Shown: piece after piece, positions 1-15,169 of the stretch | How positions within the stretch are numbered: the first letter of the stretch is position 1 | How the letters are laid out: each line of letters opens with the position of its first letter | Assembly (NCBI RefSeq): GCF_006345805.1 | Contig: NC_043022.1 | Coordinates: forward strand, 9,300,001 to 9,364,000 | Length of the DNA stretch: 64,000 bases | Direction of reading: 5' to 3' | Origin: Octopus sinensis | Lineage: Eukaryota | Made by a program: the position numbers and the translations under genes | The notes under the pieces: model-generated | The model's database searches: none | Told to the model about the DNA's origin: nothing | What the model saw: the letters and a program-made list of their open reading frames with translations, nothing else

Positions 1-9
1 GAAAGGATG

Positions 10-400
10 ATAAGCTAAGTCCATCTTAGCCAATTTTAAACTCAGAATGTAAAGAGCTGGATGAAATATTGATTTCAAATTTTGACACAAAGCCAGCAAT
101 TTCAGGTGGGGTGTGGAGTAAGTTGATTACACCAACCCCAGTGCTTGAATGGTAATTATTTTGTCAACCCTGCCCCAGAAGGATGAAAGGTAAAGTTGAT
201 CTTGGCAGATCTGAACTCAAAGTGTAAAGAGCTGTATAAAATAATAAGCATTTGGTCTGATATGCTAATGACTCTACCAGCTCACCATCTTCATGGGACC
301 AGTAATTTAGAGAGGAGATTAGTTGATACTATCAACCCCAGTACATGACTGGTACTTAATTTCATCAACCCTGAAAGGTCAAAAGGCAAAGTTGACCTTC
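10..400 (-). mobile_element. Family B tRNA-derived SINE, two degenerate pieces
   Basis: Reverse complement of the family B core (ctgagttcaaatt...actttgcctttcatcc...gggtcgataaa...agtaccag...ctggggt) seen in many copies in this window. Confidence 0.75.
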
Positions 401-404
401 ATGG

Positions 405-803
405 GTTACTCTCTTACTTGTTTCAGTCATCTGACTGTGGCCATGCTGGAGCACCGCCTTTAGTCAAGCTAATCAACCCCAGGACTTATTCTTTGGAAGC
501 CTAGTACTTATTCTATCGGTCTCTTTTGCTGAACTGCTAAGTTACGGGGACGTAAACACACCACCATCAGTTGTCAAGCGATGCTGGGGGGGACAAACAC
601 AGACACACAAAACATATACACACATACATACATATATATACGACGGGCTTCCTTCAGTTTCTGTCTACCATATGCACTCATAAGGCTTTGGTCTGTGCGA
701 GGCTATAGTAGAAGACATTGCCCAAGGTGCCACAGAGTAGGAATGAACCTGGAACCATGTGGTTGATAAGCAATCTACTTACCACACAGCCACTCCTGCA
801 CCT
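405..803 (-). mobile_element. Family A tRNA-derived SINE (CORE-like central domain), near full length
   Basis: On the minus strand: tRNA-like head gtggctgtgtggtaag...ggttccaggttc, cctttgggcaa core-like motif, central (TA)/(CA) tract and 3' part ending gactgaaacaagtaagagag. Confidence 0.85.
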
Positions 804-887
804 ATATTTGAACTTGGGATGTAAAGAGCTGGGACAAATCCTGCCAAGCAGTTTTCTTAACAATTCAGCGAAGCCAAATAATAACAA

Positions 888-1040
888 TGGTTTCAAATCC
901 ACCAAATCCACTCACAAGGTTTTGGTCAGTTTGGGGGGCTGTAGTAGAAAACACTTGCCCAAGGTGCTGCACAGTGGGACTGAACCAGAAACCCATGTGG
1001 TTCGGAAGCAAACTTCTTATCAACACAGCCACGCCTGCAT
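888..1040 (-). mobile_element. Family A SINE, 5' half
   Basis: caaatccactcacaagg...acttgcccaagg...gggactgaacc...cacagccac matches the family A head in antisense. Confidence 0.8.
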
Positions 1041-1089
1041 CTGTGCGAAAGGATTTTCATTCTTCGGCTATGTACAGCTAATACAACAT

Positions 1090-1185
1090 AACTATAATTT
1101 GTCTGTCATTACTGCTGCTGCTACTACTACTACTACCACCACCATTGATTCCTTCACAACATTACTACTACAGCTGCTGCTGCTG

Positions 1186-1216
<31 letters not shown>

Positions 1217-2223
1217 AGGGGGAATGCTCACCATTAACGCCCACCTCAAGTACAATGCAACTGTCACCCTTGAACCAGTGAAGCAGCCTCTACGTGGTAG
1301 CTTGACCTCCTAGAAATAACAATCAAATCTCTCCCCATCCCCTTCTAATTCTGTCATGCCCCTACTGAATTTTGATAAATTACATGTTGAATGATGTAGT
1401 CTGGAGTGGGGTGGAGTGGATGGAAGTTGTTTTCGCCCTGGCACATAATATGAAGGCAGGATGGTCACTATTGGGATGTCTTTTTGGTTGATCTGATTGA
1501 TCAATGCCGGCCTGGGGTTCAAGGATAACAACCAAACAACTGTCACCATCGGCAATGATGCTACAACACAACCATCCCTGCCTTTACCATCACTACTACC
1601 ACCACCACCACCACCATCATCACTACCACTACTTCTACAACCACCACCACCACCACCACTATTACTACTGCTATTATCACCACTACCATCACCACCACTA
1701 CTACTACTACAACTACTACTACCACTACCATCATCACTACTGCTACTACTGCCACTATCACGACTACTACCATCACCACTACTGCAACTACTACTACTGC
1801 AGCCACAGCCACTGCATCTACTATTTCCACCACTATTACTACTACTACTACTACTACTACTACTAGTACATTAATATCAGTGCCATAAAATTACTACCAC
1901 CATAACAACAACAACAACAACACAAGCTTGATCGACCCTACCACTACCACTGCTACCACAATCAACACTACTACCACCACCAGCAACACCACCTGTTGTT
2001 GAGTTGCCTATAAATACTTTCTCATTCTCACTCTTTCTTTTATATATCCTCTCTAGCTTCTCGCCCCCCCTCTCTCTCTCTCCCTCTCTTACTGTCTTAC
2101 AAATGCTTCTTCTCACATCTCTTTTACTATCTCTCTCTTCCCCTCTTTCTTCCTCTTCCTCTCTCTCTCATACTCTTAGACACTCTTATTCTCTCAACCA
2201 TTCACTCTCTCTCCCTCTGTCAC

Positions 2224-2258
<35 letters not shown>

Positions 2259-2430
2259 TCTTCTCCCTGTCTTCCTCTCTTTCTCCCTCTCTCTCAAACT
2301 CATATCTTCAAGTACCTACTCTCTCGTACTCTTACTCTCATTCATTCAGTCATTTACTCTCTTTCTTACTCTCTCCCTTTTTATCTCACTCTCTCATCCT
2401 GCCTACTCCTCCTCCTCCTCCTCCTCCTCA
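1090..2430. repeat. Compound low-complexity block: (ACT)n/(ACC)n then (CT)n, with a family E SINE fragment at about 1280-1530
   Basis: Direct reading of trinucleotide and dinucleotide tracts; source of the poly-H/Y/L/V ORFs. Confidence 0.9.
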
Positions 2431-2869
2431 CCTCTGTATTTTCTTTTTCTCCAAGACAATTTATTTTAAAATATTACATGTTAAGAAATCCCTGTAGACA
2501 GAAATATATAAAGGAATCTGACAACCAGCCAACCAGCCAGCCAACCATGCAAAACCTTACCTTTTTTTCCTCCCACAAACCTCCACCCACCAACCCTACC
2601 ATCTACTTCCACAGTCTGCATCTTCTCACCTAATATCCCTTCCTTCATTCCCCATCACCACCCCCACTCTTTCCTTTCCCATTTTCACAATAATAATAAT
2701 GATAATAATAATAATAATAATAATAATGATAATAGTGTTAATAATTTATTTTATTAGCCACAGGGGCATAGATGATGGGGACATCACAAGGACAGACAAC
2801 AGTTTGTGTGGAAAATTACATGGAGAAGAAAGAAATGAAGACAGTGAAATGCAATAAAAGTACACATGG

Positions 2870-3606
2870 TATAGGTGCAGGCATGGCTGTGTGTGTGTGT
2901 GTGGTAAGAAGATTGGTTTGCGACCAGATGGTTCCGGGTTCAGTCCCACTGTGTGACACTTTAGGCAAATGTCTTCTACTATAGCCTCAAGCTGACCAAA
3001 GCCTTGTGAGTGTATTTGGTAGACAAAAACTGAAAGAAACCACTGTGTGTGTGTTGTCCCAGTTTGTATTTTTCTACATATAATAATATATATATATATA
3101 TATTAAAAATTTAATAGAAATTCTAGTTGTGATACCCATGCCGGTAGCACGTAAAAAGCACCATCCGTACGTGGCTGATGCCAGCGCCGCCTTGACTGGT
3201 TTCTGTGCCGGTGGCACGTAAAAAGCACCAACTGATCGTGACCACTGCCAGCCTCCCTTGGCACAAGCACCCATAGAGTGGTTGGCGTTAGGAAGGGCAT
3301 CCATCTGTAGAAACACTGCCCGATCAGACTGGAGCCTGGTGCAGCCTCCTGACTTCCAAGACCCCAGTCGAACCGTCCAACCCATGCTAGCACAGAAAAC
3401 GGACGTTAAACGATGATGATGATGATATGTATGTGTGTATTTTTGTGTGTCTGTGTTTGTCCCCCACCCCCACCCCACCCAATGTTGATAACCAATGTTG
3501 GTGTCTTTACAGCCTTGTAACTTAGCGGTTTGGCCAAAAGAGACCGATGGAATAAGTACTAGGCTTACGAAGAATAAATCCTGGGGTCAAATTGTTTGAC
3601 TAAAGG
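2870..3606 (+). mobile_element. Family A SINE interrupted by a family D SINE (about 3130-3425)
   Basis: A head at 2870, D element ending acgttaaacgatgatgatg at about 3425, then the A 3' half resumes near 3440. Confidence 0.8.
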
Positions 3607-3830
3607 CGAAAAACATATGAAAACCTTAGAGATACCCTACAATCTAGATGTATTGCAAAAGTTGGCATTACTTGGAACTGCATGCATATTGCATAAAGTT
3701 CTGTCTGTCTGGGGCCCCTGTTGTGACTTGACAAACAGTACAAACCCCTGGTAGACACAATATCTTCAATCAACAATCTCACGATAATGTATAGTATGTG
3801 ACGTCTATAATAATAATAATAATAATTTAT
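3607..3830 (+). mobile_element. 3' end of an R4/Dong-like (RLE-class) non-LTR retrotransposon
   Basis: Translates as EKHMKTLEIPYNLDVLQKLALLGTACILHKVLSV, like the LQKxALLGTAxILRKVL C-terminus of this class, followed by a short 3' UTR and an (AAT)n tail. Confidence 0.65.
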
Positions 3831-4539
3831 TAGCCACAACAGCTCTTAGCTCATTGTTCTAGATTTATAGTTTCTCTCCTATGTTGCTTGTGAGAGTGTG
3901 TATGCGTCTTTAGATTTGTGTGTGTGTAGGTTTATATGTATGAGTTAGTGTTCATTTTTTTTTTTTAATTCGTTTCAGTCATTGGACTGCAGCTATGTTT
4001 AGGTACCCCCTTGAAGGGTTTTAGTCGAGTGAATCAGCCCCCCCAGTGCTTTATTTTTTAAAAATCTGATACCTATTGTATCCATATCTTTTGTTGAGCT
4101 GCTAACATATGGGGATGTAAACAAAGCAATACTGGTTGTCAGGCGGTAGAAAGGCACAGACAAAGACACACACACACATCAATGAGTGAGTGTGTATGTG
4201 TGTGTGTTTATTTGCATATATGTATGTGTATGTTGAGTGTGACTGTTTTATGTCATCAGATACACACATCATGACTTCATGTTGGATGGCAAAGAATACT
4301 AACATTAACAGTCAAGGCCTGCAAAGAAAATCTGTGGAAATATTTCAAGATGCCCATTATGAAAAGAATAGCAGAGGAGCCAAAACAACTCCACAGCCTA
4401 AAGATGTGGCTGAGATAGCCTAGAAACATTTATGGTGAAGTTGAATTGGGTTCTGATATGCAAACATAGCTATGTTTTCAATATGTTTGAAAGAAAAGAG
4501 AAGCTATTCACCCTATGTACATGTATGTGTGTGTGTGTG

Positions 4540-4580
<41 letters not shown>

Positions 4581-5419
4581 TATATATATAATATATATAT
4601 ATATATAGTGAAGGGAAGAAATGGAGCCGAACGAAGATTCTACAAAATTCCTTTTTATTATTTTCTACACATGTTTCAAAGGCTGCAAATTCCCAAATTC
4701 GGATTGAATAAGGAGACCATTCTGCAGCTTTCTCTTTTCTGGTGTGATTTTTGCTACACAGGTATCGGTTAAATTTTGAATAATCCGTAACAAGATAATT
4801 CATTTATCCATTTCATTAAAATATATATATATATATGCCGGTGGCACATAAAAAGCACCATCCATACGTGGTCGATGCCAGCGCCGCCTTGACTGGCTTC
4901 CCAAAGTGCTGTGCAGTGAGGCTAAACCCTAGACCATACGATTCGGAAGCGAGTTTCTCGACCACTTAGTGACGCCTGCAGCTATGCATTACATTATTCG
5001 GCATGTCTTGCCTTCTTTAAAACAGCAAGTTGTGATTTGAGGAAGATTTGGCTGCTACTTCTAGCTGCTCAAGTGACCACATAGCCGCTTCTTCATTGAT
5101 TGCAAGCGAGAATGAAAAACAGAGACAGACGGAAAGAAAGCAGTGTAACTTAATCTATTAAGCACATTGCACTGGTTTACTTAACCCCCTTCCTACACCT
5201 GCACAGACCCTTCCCTTTCTAAAGGGAGTTTGGATGAGGTGGGATGGCGGAGGGGGGTGGGAGCGTTATCTTGAAATAGTGGGGGTTAGATAAACAGTTG
5301 TGTGACCAGGGGGAGGGCAGGGGGTGTTTGTTAATATTATTGTTTCAGTTGACTTGGTATATAGTGTAACCTACCTCACTCTAGAATCAACTTCCAGGTC
5401 TACATACAAACACACACAC

Positions 5420-6670
<1,251 letters not shown>

Positions 6671-7709
6671 TCCTGCTATTCTGTGTCGCACGCAAAACAG
6701 CCAACCAGTTCAATCAATCTATATCTGTTTAGTTTAATAAATAGGAAAATACAAACTGGTTGAAAATTTGCCAAGTCTGGTAAAAGTACTTTTGTGTGTG
6801 CGTATGTGTGTGTTTGTGTGTATCTGACTGACTGAAGCTGTGTGTGTGTATGTGTGTGCCTTTCTCAGCATGTCCTTCCTATGTATGTGACTATGTGCCT
6901 CCTGTGTTCCCCTCAGCCCTCATCATCCTGTGTGGTGGAAGGGACAGGGTAGGTGGGCAATGATAAACAAATAAATAGGTATTTTATACATTATATCCTA
7001 TAAGCTGGTCTCTGACTGAACTTACCTTAGCAGCTGGGGTGGTTTACATATGTTGGTGACAAAGGCACATATATATGAGTGATGATGGTGGCAGTGATGA
7101 TGCTGATGATGATGATGGTGGTGGTGATGATAGAGGTTTAGGTGATGGGTGGTGGGAGTCTAAAGGGTAGCTTGGTAGTGGATGGAGGTGGTAGTGTCTC
7201 TCTGATAAGGTTGAAGAAATATCTGGCTTGAGGAGGATAACTAGGGTACACAGATTTGAATTAGCAACCCAGCCATGTACAAAATGGTGATTCTGTACTG
7301 TATTAATATTGCTGCTGTTGGCAGCACTGGGAGCGGGGGGGGGTGTATGTACGCGGGTGTGTTCATGTGTCTGTCATTGTATCCATTAGTGTGTCAGTGT
7401 GTCCATTAGTATGTCCATGTCTGCCAGCAGCATGGCTGAATGGTTAAGAAGTTCCCTCTACAATCACAAAAGACTCTGGTTCAATTCCACTACATAGTAT
7501 TTGGGGGCAAGTACCATTTACACTAGCGGTTCCCCAACCTTTTTTTTTTTTTTTATGCAGCACAGGCTGGTTTCATGCAGAACAATTTTTCCACAGAATA
7601 GGGAATCACATACATAACAAAATGCAATTATTGTGCTTAATATATAATTTAATTATGACATATATAACGAATATATAGTATATATATATATATATATATA
7701 TTACATATA

Positions 7710-7920
7710 GGAGGGGGTGCTGAAAAGTTCCTGGCTTTAAGGATATCACAGAAAGGCCTGGTTGGAGGTCTAACCTTCCAAGTTCTTTTACAGGGCTGAG
7801 AAAAACTGAAGGACCACTGCAATAAGTGTGTGAATCTGAGAGGGGAATATGTTGGACCCTCCTGCATTTTCATTTACCCAAAGCTAGGAACTTTTAAGTA
7901 CTCCTTCATATATACATAAT

Positions 7921-7960
<40 letters not shown>

Positions 7961-8428
7961 AAGAAGTGCTGAAAAGTTGCTGGCTTTAAGGGTATCCCAA
8001 AGGGCCTGGTTGGAGGTCTAACCTTCTGAGTTCTTTTACAGAGCTTAGATAAACTGAAGGACCGCTGCAATAAGTGTGTGAATCTGGGAGGGGAATATGT
8101 TCAATAAAATCATAATTAACTGTTCCTCCTGTATTTTCTTTTACCCAAAGCTAGGAATTTTATAGCACCTCTTCATGTATATATATATATATATGTTTAT
8201 GAGGGGATACTGAAAAATTCCTGGCTTTAAGGGTATCACAGAAGGCCTGGTTGGAAGCCCAAACTTCCAAGTTCTTTTACAGGGCTTAGAAAACCTGAAG
8301 GACCTCTGCAATAACTGTGTGAATCTGAGAGGGGAATATGTTGAATAAAAGTATAATTAACTGGTCTTCCTGTATTTTCTTTTACCCAAAGCCAGGAATT
8401 TTTCAACACCCTCTTGTATGTGTGTGTG

Positions 8429-8479
<51 letters not shown>

Positions 8480-8715
8480 TTCTCATATATATATATGAGA
8501 AGTGGCCTGAAAAGTTCCTGATTTTAAGGATATTGTGAAAGGCCTAGTTTTGGAGGCTTAAACTTCCGAGTACTTTTAGAGGACTTAGAAAAACTGAAGG
8601 ACCTCTGCAATAAGTGTGTGAGTCTGGGATGGGAATATCTTCAATAAAATCATAATTAACTGATCCTCCTGTGTTTTCTTTTACCCAAAGCCAGGAACTT
8701 TTCAGCACTCCCTCG
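7710..8715 (+). mobile_element. Four mariner-derived MITE copies (7710-7908, 7959-8175, 8200-8416, 8496-8715)
   Basis: TIRs gaggggtgctgaaaagttcctggct / agccaggaacttttcagcacccctc, mostly TA-flanked. The interior encodes a mariner-like C-terminus (LEKLKDRCNKCVNLRGEYVE*). Confidence 0.85.
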
Positions 8716-8739
8716 TGTAATGCATAATATCCAACTCAC

Positions 8740-9095
8740 ATGTTCGAAAACAATACTCGACATCAAGTGGCTGCAAAGAGTCTGAAATGACACAATTGAG
8801 ACAATGACGGACATCAACAGGATCTGTGACAAAATAAGACACAGACACTGTGTCTGGATTGGACATGCCTTCAGACAAGATCGAGAAAGCAATTGTATGG
8901 TGACACTTTAAGTGGCAGCCTGAGAGGAAAAGAGCAACAAGGCGCCCTAAAGCCATTTATTGTGAAGGACCATTGACGAGGAAAGGAGACAAGAAGGGTG
9001 AAGGAACTGGGATGAGACCGGAATAGTGATAGAAACCAGACCTGGCTGGAGACACCATGTTGTGGTCTTAAGTGCCTCAGGGCACAGAGAGAGAA
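8740..9095 (+). mobile_element. RTE-clade LINE ORF2 3' remnant
   Basis: Translates with stops and a frameshift as ILDIKWLQRV*N...KIRHRHCVWIGHAFRQD...KWQPERKRATRRPK; matches the RTE C-terminal pattern (W-GH-R ... W.P.GKR.RGRP). Confidence 0.75.
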
Positions 9096-9839
9096 CGACT
9101 AATGTTTAACAAATTCTGGGGTCAATTCCTAATGTCTAACAAATTCTGGGGTCAATTCGTTTGAATAAAAATTCTTAAAGGTGGTGCCCAGCAAGGCTGT
9201 AGTCTAATGACTAAAACAAGTAAATGAATAAACGATTATCATTAAAAGTGAAAAGAAATACCTAACTCAAAAATACAACACACTGGCCAGTCTAAGAACT
9301 GAACCTACCACCTAACAACTGGCAAACCTTGCACCCTAACCACTTGGCTATGTTCCAAAAAATATATATATAAATATAGATACGTGTGTGTGTGTGTGTG
9401 TGTGTGTGTATTGATATGATTATACTCGTCTTGATCCTGATAATAACAGAAATTTTGTCTTGGAAAAATAATCTTGATGATATCAAGGGCGAGGCCCCTT
9501 TTATCTTCTGAATGAAGATGGTGATGAAGATATATCTGGGTATGGCTGGTGAGTGGAGGGTGTGGGTTCAGGTGGAGCAGGTGTAAGTAAGGCAAGTTTA
9601 CCTTAACTGATAAAAATGTATGGGGGAGTAGTGAATGGTGCAGTGGAAGGTGAGTGTGGAGGAGGAGTGGGAAGAAGAGAAGGGGTTGATAATAAGCAGG
9701 TAAATGTTGGGAGTTGTTTTGATGCCAGCTTCAGTGTTTTCACTCCTCTCTCTCTCTCTCTCTCTCTCCCCCTCCCTCACACACTGAGACATACTGGAAC
9801 ATTTGCAAACGTGTGTGTGTGTGTGTACATATATATATA

Positions 9840-10250
9840 TATAGGTGCAGGTGTGGTTGTGTGGTAAGAAGCTTGCTTCCCAACCACATGGTTCCGGGTT
9901 CAGTCCCACTGTATGGTACTTTGCGCAAGTGTCTTCTACTATAGCCTTGGGACTTGTGAGTGGATTGTGAGATGGAAACTGAAAGAAGCCCATCATATAT
10001 ATCCAAGATTCATTGTTTGCCTATATGTGTTTGTGTCTTTGTCTCTGTGTTTTTCCCCCCATCATCACTTGACAACCGATGCTGGTGTGTTTACGTCCCC
10101 ATAACTTAGCAGTTCAGCAAAAGGGTTGGATAGAATAAGTACTAGTCTTACAAAGAGTAAGTCCTGAGGTTGATTTCTTTCACTAAAATCTTTTAAGGTG
10201 GTGTTCTAGCATGGCCACAGTCAAATGACTAAAACAAGTAAAAGAATAAA
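9840..10250 (+). mobile_element. Family A SINE, full length
   Basis: ataggtgcaggtgtggttgtgtggtaag...ggttccgggttcagtccc through to gactaaaacaagtaaaagaataaaag. Confidence 0.85.
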
Positions 10251-10629
10251 AGACTCTAAACAGACAGATAAATAGATGCAGGTGTGGCTGTGTGCTAAGA
10301 AGTTTGCTTCCTGACTACATGGCTCTGGGTTCAATCCTACTTCACAGCACAAAACCTTATGAGTGGATTTGGTAAACAGAAATGCATGGAAGTTAATGTA
10401 TACATGCGTATAAGTATATACGTATGTATACATTAACTTTCATGCATATATGTATATATACATATTTATAGATGTACATACATATATACATCAATATATA
10501 TGTATATATCATATATGTGTGTATGGTTATGCACTACCACATATTTGCATGCAGTTACTCTGTACATATGTGCACATGTATGTACACATCCACAAATATG
10601 CAAGAGTGCACACATACACACACATGACT

Positions 10630-11130
10630 AGTATGTGAACTGTTATATGGTCATTTGACCTGCTAGAAATAAAAGCCAAATCTTCTTCACATTACATCTT
10701 ACTATCTTTAAAAATGAAAAAAACAGAAACTGATTGATACATTAGATACTGTAGTCCTAGGCACACCATGTCTGAGAGCAAAAAAGAAAAAAAAGGGACT
10801 GGTTTATAATGGGTAAAACACCTTTTGTCATAGCTCTACCTGATGTGAGTGAACCTAGGGTTAAAAAACACATGAATGAGCAACCTGATGAATCACTAGC
10901 CTTACAGCTGTCAGTGCACAAGTGATAATCAACACATCCTTCAGCAAGGGAACCTCTTTATGTGCACTCCAAGCTGCTTGAAATAGCAGCTAAATCTTCC
11001 CTTAAGTTATATACCCTAGAGTTTTAAATAAAGAAGTATTTGTTGGACAATGTAATTTTCTGATGAGTAAACAAGACAGGGTGGCCATGACTGGAATACA
11101 TGTGACCATATGGTTATTCAGTCAGAAATG
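10630..11130 (+). mobile_element. Family E SINE-like repeat, two degenerate copies
   Basis: gtcatttgacctgctagaaata..agccaaatc motif shared with about 1300, 22690 and antisense copies at about 5050, 25600, 46230 and 63440. Confidence 0.55.
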
Positions 11131-11209
11131 GATTTCTTTTACACAACAGTGAAAGATCTAATACGCATATACACAACATACACACCTTACAAATATAGAT
11201 GTATATAGT

Positions 11210-11590
11210 CACAAGCATGGCTGTGTGGTAAGAAGTTTGCTTCTGAACCACATACTTCCGGGTTCAGTCCTCCTGCATGGCACCTTGGGCAAGTGTCTTC
11301 TACTATAACCTTGGGCTGACCAAAGACTTGTGAGTGGATTTGGTAGACGGAAACTGAAAGAGGCCTGTCATGCATGTGTGTGTGTGTCACCTACCACCAC
11401 TCAAAAATCAGGTGTTGGTGTCTTTACATCCCTGTAACTTAGCAGTTCTGCAAGGGGCTGATAGAATATGTACCAGGCTCAAAGAAACAAAAAGTACTGG
11501 GGATTGATGATTGGTTTGACTAAAATTCTTGAAGGTGCTGCCCCAGCATGGCCACAATCAAATGACTGAAACAAGTAAAAGAAAAAATAA
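11210..11590 (+). mobile_element. Family A SINE
   Basis: Head, cttgggcaagtgtcttc core-like motif and 3' half present. Confidence 0.85.
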
Positions 11591-12369
11591 CAGATGTGTG
11601 TGTGTCTCATCATCATCATCATCATCTTTTTATATTCGGCTTCCATTCTGGGATAGGTTGCTGGTTTGTCAGAAACCAACAGGTTAGTGGATGGGTGGAG
11701 GCAATCGCTGTGTCCAAGGACTGTGTCATACTTGTGTGTGTGATTGATTTATATACTATAGTGAGCTATGCTAACAGATAGTGATGTCACAGCATGTAGC
11801 AAGGCTCTAACTGGTGACACATGTTGACATTTCTTGTCAACGCATCAGCTGCTAACTCTGAGCTTCCACATTTGGGATGGAATTTTTAAAAATATTCCTT
11901 TTCTGGATAAGCAGGAAAGGGTTGATAAAATGAAGAGTATCTTGTTGTATAAACACCTTGCCTGAAGTACCTAGCTGTGTAACCCTTTCCAGCACCAAAA
12001 AGCAGATGTTAAATGTGGGTGTGTTTGTGCATGAGAGGCAGAGAGAGAGAGAGAGTATTTCTTTATTCACCATAAGGTTGAGAAAAAGAGGGGACAATAC
12101 GGGGGGGGGGGGACAGACAAAACAAACGTTGGGGGTCAGGGTATGAATAAACAAACAATTAAAATATATACAATTAAATGAGAAGCGTTTGTGTTTGCCT
12201 CTCTCCACTTGATAACCAGTATTATGTCCTTGTAACTTAGGGGTTCATTGATAAAATAATTACCACATGCTTAAAATTACTTTGATAAACTAAACTCTTT
12301 TTGGCAGTGCTCCAGCATGGACACAGTCCAATGAATGAAACGAAAGGTTAAAACAATTATCTTTTATAT

Positions 12370-12993
12370 CTTTTTACCTCTTACCTTTTCTTTGTTTCAG
12401 TAATTAAACTGGCAATGCTGGGGCACCATATTGAAGAATACAACATATTTTTCTTTTAAAGCCTGGTACTTATTCTATCAGCCTCTTCTGCCAAACTGCT
12501 AAGTTACAGGGATATAAACACCAACAGTGGTTGGTTGTCAAGGAGTGATGACGGGCAAACACAGACACAAAGACACACTCACATACACGACAGGCTTCTT
12601 TCACTTTCCATCTACCAAATACAATCACAGAGTTTTGGTTGGCCTGAGGCTAAGGTAGAAGACACTTGCCCAAGTTGCCACGTGTTGGGATTGAACCCGG
12701 AACCATGTGGTTGGGAAACAAGCTTCTTATTACACAGCCACATCTGCACCTATATATATATATATTCTTTTATTCTTTTACTTGTTTCAGTCATTTGACT
12801 GTGACCATGCTGGAGCACTGCCTTAAAGAGTTTTAGTTGAAGAAATCGACCCCAGGACTTACTTTTTGTAAACCTAGTACTTATTCTATCGGTCTCTTTT
12901 GCCAAAATGCTATGGTACGAGGGACATAAACACACCAACATGGGTTATCAAGCAATGGCGGGGGCGGGGGACAAACACAGACACAAATAAAAA

Positions 12994-13024
<31 letters not shown>

Positions 13025-13190
13025 CAACAGGCTTCTTTCAGTTTCTGTCTACCAAATCCACTCACAAGGCTTTGGTCGGCTCGAAGCTGTAGTAAAAGGC
13101 ACTTGCCCAAGGTATCACACCATGGGACTGAACCAGGAACCATGTGGTTGAGAAGCAAGCTTCTTAGCACACAGCCATGCCTGCGCCTAT
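12370..13190 (-). mobile_element. Two tandem family A SINEs (about 12370-12750 and 12765-13190)
   Basis: Two consecutive antisense copies, each with both halves. Confidence 0.85.
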
Positions 13191-13729
13191 ATATACATGT
13201 GTGTGTGTGTGTGTGTGTATGTGTTAAAGAGTCTCATTGCTAATTTATGCCATTGGATGACTAGGCTCTGTGTATTTGTATATTAGTACCTTTGTACATT
13301 GCATGTATATCTCTGAACAGATGTGTACGCATGTATGTGTTTATGTCAGCATGCGCATGTATGTATGGGTGTGCATGGGTGTGGCCTTTCTCCTCATCTC
13401 CCAGGATGATGGAGCTGCTGATCACATTGGTTTGGCTTCACAAATGAGCGATGCTGGTGTATATATGTGTATGCATACATGTGTGTGTGTGTATGTGTGA
13501 GAGGCAAGTGGACTGTCTACATTACAGCTTTGGGTATAGAGTGGCGTGGTATGTAAGGTGTATACCAACACATACATACACTCACACACACACGCCAAAT
13601 GCACTTTACACACGTTAGACCCCCCCATGCACATCATATACATCACTCAGTACACTCCACCCACTCGCATACACACACACACACACATATATATATACAC
13701 ACACAATTATTGAAAGTACTTTTCAAAAA

Positions 13730-14530
13730 AAATTGCTTTGAAAGAACTACTACCAATCAGTTCTTTGTTATCATCTCTCTCTCTTTCTTTCTCTCTCTCT
13801 CTCTTTCTCTCTCTGTTGCTCTTTCTGTCTCACCCTCTTTATTCTTCCCCTTCAATCTCTCCTCTTTCCAAATCTCTCTAACTCTCTCTTCCTGTCTCTG
13901 TCTTTATCTCTTCTTGTCACTCTTTCTCTTCTCCATCATTCTCTCTCTCTCTCTCTGCTCTCCCTTATTCTCACTCTTTCTTCTCTACTTTCTCTTTTGT
14001 CCTCTCGCTATCCCTCCCTCTCAATCTTTATCTCCCCCTCACTATTTACCTCTTTTCTTTTCTCTCTCTCCTCTCCCTCCCTCTTTTCTCCTTATGCTCT
14101 CCTTCTCCTTCTCGCTCTCCCCAATCTCTCCACATGATGCAATGACTTATGTAAATTTATCGTTCCCTCCCTTCACCCTTCTCTCCCCTCTTCCAACAGT
14201 TCCTCCCCTCCCTCAGCCTCCCACCCTTTTATGAATCATCAGTCGTCGGAGCAACTTATTGCAACAGTTTTGTTAGTCATTGCTGTTGTTGTTCTTATTG
14301 TTGTTGTTATATCGGATGTTGGTCAGCTGACTTGTCTCCAGACCAATCATCCATGCTGCCGTTACCGTTATCTTCATCATCATCATCATAATCATCCTCA
14401 TCATCATAATCATCATTTTCGTTATGATCATGCTATTCACTTCGTCATCAGCATCATAATCACCAGCAATTGTGTTTTCATCTTCATCATTGTCATTGTC
14501 ATCATCGATGGTGTTGTCTTCGTCATCATC
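13730..14530. repeat. Polypyrimidine (CT-rich) tract followed by a (CAT)n-rich tract
   Basis: Direct reading. Confidence 0.9.
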
Positions 14531-14589
14531 TTTGAAAACAATGTAAAGATGGTTTTGTAGAGAACAAGTGTAGTGTAGCAATGTTTTTG

Positions 14590-15160
14590 TAGAGTGTTAC
14601 CTTACACTATTCTCTCTACACTTTTTCTACAACACTCTCCCTACTCTACACTCTTCTCTACAACACTCTCTACTTTACACCATTCTCTACGAGCTATCCC
14701 TTCATAGTTCTCACGACATCTCTACCCTGTTTTCAACAACACCTCTCTACTCTATGCTATTCTTTACAACACCCTTTCTTCTCAGTACTTATTTCTTTAC
14801 TACCCACAAGGGGCTAAACACAGAGGGTGATAAACAAGGACAGACAAACGGATTAAGTCGATTACATCAACCCCAGTGCATAACTGGTACTTAATTTATC
14901 AACCCCAGAAGACAAAATACGGCTACGCATTTCACCCGGCGTGCTAATGTTTCTGCCAGCTCACCGCCTTTCTTCTCAATACTGTTTTCTACAACATCTT
15001 CTCTATACCATTCTCTACAATACCATCTATCTCTACTCTTTTCTCTACTCTTCCCTCAACAACACCCTGGTCTCCAATGTTTTCGACCCTACTCTCTGGT
15101 CTGAATCTTTTCTCTATAATATCCTATCAACTCTACATATCTCTGAAGATCTTTTCCAAG
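14590..15160. repeat. Degenerate ctctacaacactctctac minisatellite, interrupted by a family B SINE (about 14790-14970, minus)
   Basis: Recurrent ctctac/ctacaacac motifs on both sides of the SINE. Confidence 0.6.
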
Positions 15161-15169
15161 TTCTGTAGA

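Noticed and set aside
4270-4800. Transposase-like peptides (KENLWKYFK on +; WSPYS...IWE on -)
   Set aside because: Only 4-5 residue resemblance to Tc1/mariner motifs and no TIRs seen; needs a profile search
9405-9540. Acidic peptide pieces (DYTRLDPDNNRNF, LNEDGDEDISG)
   Set aside because: The pieces are in different frames with stops and lack splice signals
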